The translations under genes and the position numbers were made by a program. A stretch of 49,377 nucleotides of DNA, from contig JALHMH010000034.1 in NCBI GenBank assembly GCA_022844165.1, forward strand, positions 1 through 49,377. Direction: 5' to 3'. This stretch comes from Lysobacterales bacterium (GTDB lineage Bacteria > Pseudomonadota > Gammaproteobacteria > Xanthomonadales > SZUA-5). This document shows, piece by piece, positions 48,279 through 49,377 of this stretch. The notes beneath the pieces are model-generated. The model was given only the letters and a program-made list of their open reading frames with translations. It was not told the origin of the DNA and made no database searches. Within the stretch, counting starts at the first letter, position 1. Each line of letters starts with the position of its first letter.

Positions 48279-48916
48279 TCCGTGTTTTATTGGTCGACGA
48301 TCACGCCGTCGTGCGCCAAGGATTGCGTGCGTATTTGTCGTTGCATGCCGATATCGATGTCTGCGCTGAAGCGGGTAGTGCAGAACATTCGGCGAAGTTG
48401 GCGAAGGAACTGAGCCCCGACGTCGCGCTGGTCGATCTGGTCATGCCTGGTGTCAACGGCATCGAAGCCACACGCATGATCCGCGGCGTCAGTCCACATA
48501 CCAGGGTCGTCATCCTGACGTCGAGCAGCGACGACGAACAGGTCCGACCTGCGCTGGAGGCTGGCGCAATCAGCTATCAGCTCAAGGAGATCAGCGGCGC
48601 CGAACTGGTCGACACCGTACGTCGAAGCGCGCGTGGTGAGGCCGTGCTGAATCCGAAGATTGCCGCTGGCCTTGTGCGCACTCTGCGCGCGTCCGAACGC
48701 ACCGAGTTGAGTTCGCTCAGCATTCGCGAAAGAGAGGTACTGATGCTGATCGCCGAGGGCTTGACCAACCAATCCATCTCAGAGCGGCTCGGAATTGGCG
48801 AGGCAACAGTCAAAACGCACGTTGGTAACATGCTGGCAAAGCTCGATCTCGCCGATCGCACACAGGCTGCCGTTTGGGCGTGGCGCCATGGGCTGTTGGG
48901 CAAAAGCGAAAATTAG
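48275..48916 (+). CDS. NarL/LuxR family response regulator
   Basis: LLVDDH..VR.GL; DLVMP; REREVL..TVKTHV HTH; ATGA overlap with the kinase. Confidence 0.92.
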   Translation: MIRVLLVDDHAVVRQGLRAYLSLHADIDVCAEAGSAEHSAKLAKELSPDVALVDLVMPGVNGIEATRMIRGVSPHTRVVILTSSSDDEQVRPALEAGAISYQLKEISGAELVDTVRRSARGEAVLNPKIAAGLVRTLRASERTELSSLSIREREVLMLIAEGLTNQSISERLGIGEATVKTHVGNMLAKLDLADRTQAAVWAWRHGLLGKSEN

Positions 48917-49091
48917 CGAGGCTTCGCCTTAGACTGCCGAGCATTGTTGGCTTCGCCAGACACCGTACTTGCCACAACCCCCATTGAGCGCTGCGCGCTC
49001 AATCGCCCCCCCAAGGGGGCTTCAACAGCCAAAGCCGCTCCGACGAAAACTTGACTCAAATGACAAGATCCGGCGCAGTCAAGGACGCTAG
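48914..49091 (+). repeat. Dispersed palindromic intergenic element (short copy)
   Basis: Aligns to the reverse complement of 6494-6735; ends with the 41 bp repeat. Confidence 0.85.
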
Positions 49092-49324
49092 TGTGGTGTT
49101 CCGTAATGACCTTGAACTATTTCCGCGTCTTTCGACCCCATGCAGCGTTGCTTCTCGTCGCCATAGAAGAGCTATGTCGTCCGGCCCGGCGGCGCAGCCG
49201 CCGGTCGTTCAAGTCGGCTCGCGGCATGCCGCGAAAGCCACCGACTTTCACCCTCGTCGCGCCTTGCCTGACGCCGAAATCCATCGGAAATATTGTTCAA
49301 CTTAGTTACGGAACACCACACTAG
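49088..49324. mobile_element. MITE with ~37 bp imperfect terminal inverted repeats, bounded by CTAG
   Basis: CTAGTGTGGTGTTCCGTAAtgaccTTGAAC-TATTTCC at 49088-49124 is the inverse of GGAAATAttGTTCAActtagTTACGGAACACCACACTAG at 49286-49324; no transposase inside. Confidence 0.85.
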
Positions 49325-49377
49325 CCATGGGCTGATCTGTTGTTGACCGGAAAGTCAGGGTCAGGTCGCAAAAAGCG

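Overview
GC-rich bacterial chromosomal window. Gene content and protein style suggest a Xanthomonadales-type gammaproteobacterium (inference). Core genes: ybbP-ybbA/tesA, ETF-ubiquinone oxidoreductase, phoBR, valS, rimI, an Mla/Pqi-type lipid transport operon and a NarX/NarL-type two-component pair. Main accessory observations: (1) three unrelated secreted proteins end in the same [ND]-G-F-E motif, a candidate sorting or assembly signal; (2) an arsR-arsC-aquaglyceroporin operon carries an overlapping di-iron sterol-desaturase-family gene and abuts the Pho box of phoBR; (3) a 4.4 kb island, bounded by a ~290 bp duplication of the zigA 5' end and its Zur box, holds three intact VapBC modules, each followed by an internally deleted or truncated TolB/TPR gene; (4) a third zigA fragment (3' end) lies 20 kb away; (5) two tandem MmgE/PrpD genes sit with a CoA-transferase and a GntR regulator; (6) small non-autonomous repeats are nested, including a CTAG-flanked MITE and a 75 bp covarying hairpin module found inside two different host repeats, and one repeat end lies beside a tyrosine-transposase remnant. 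No rRNA, tRNA or CRISPR array was recognised. All calls come from reading motifs by eye; no database searches were run.
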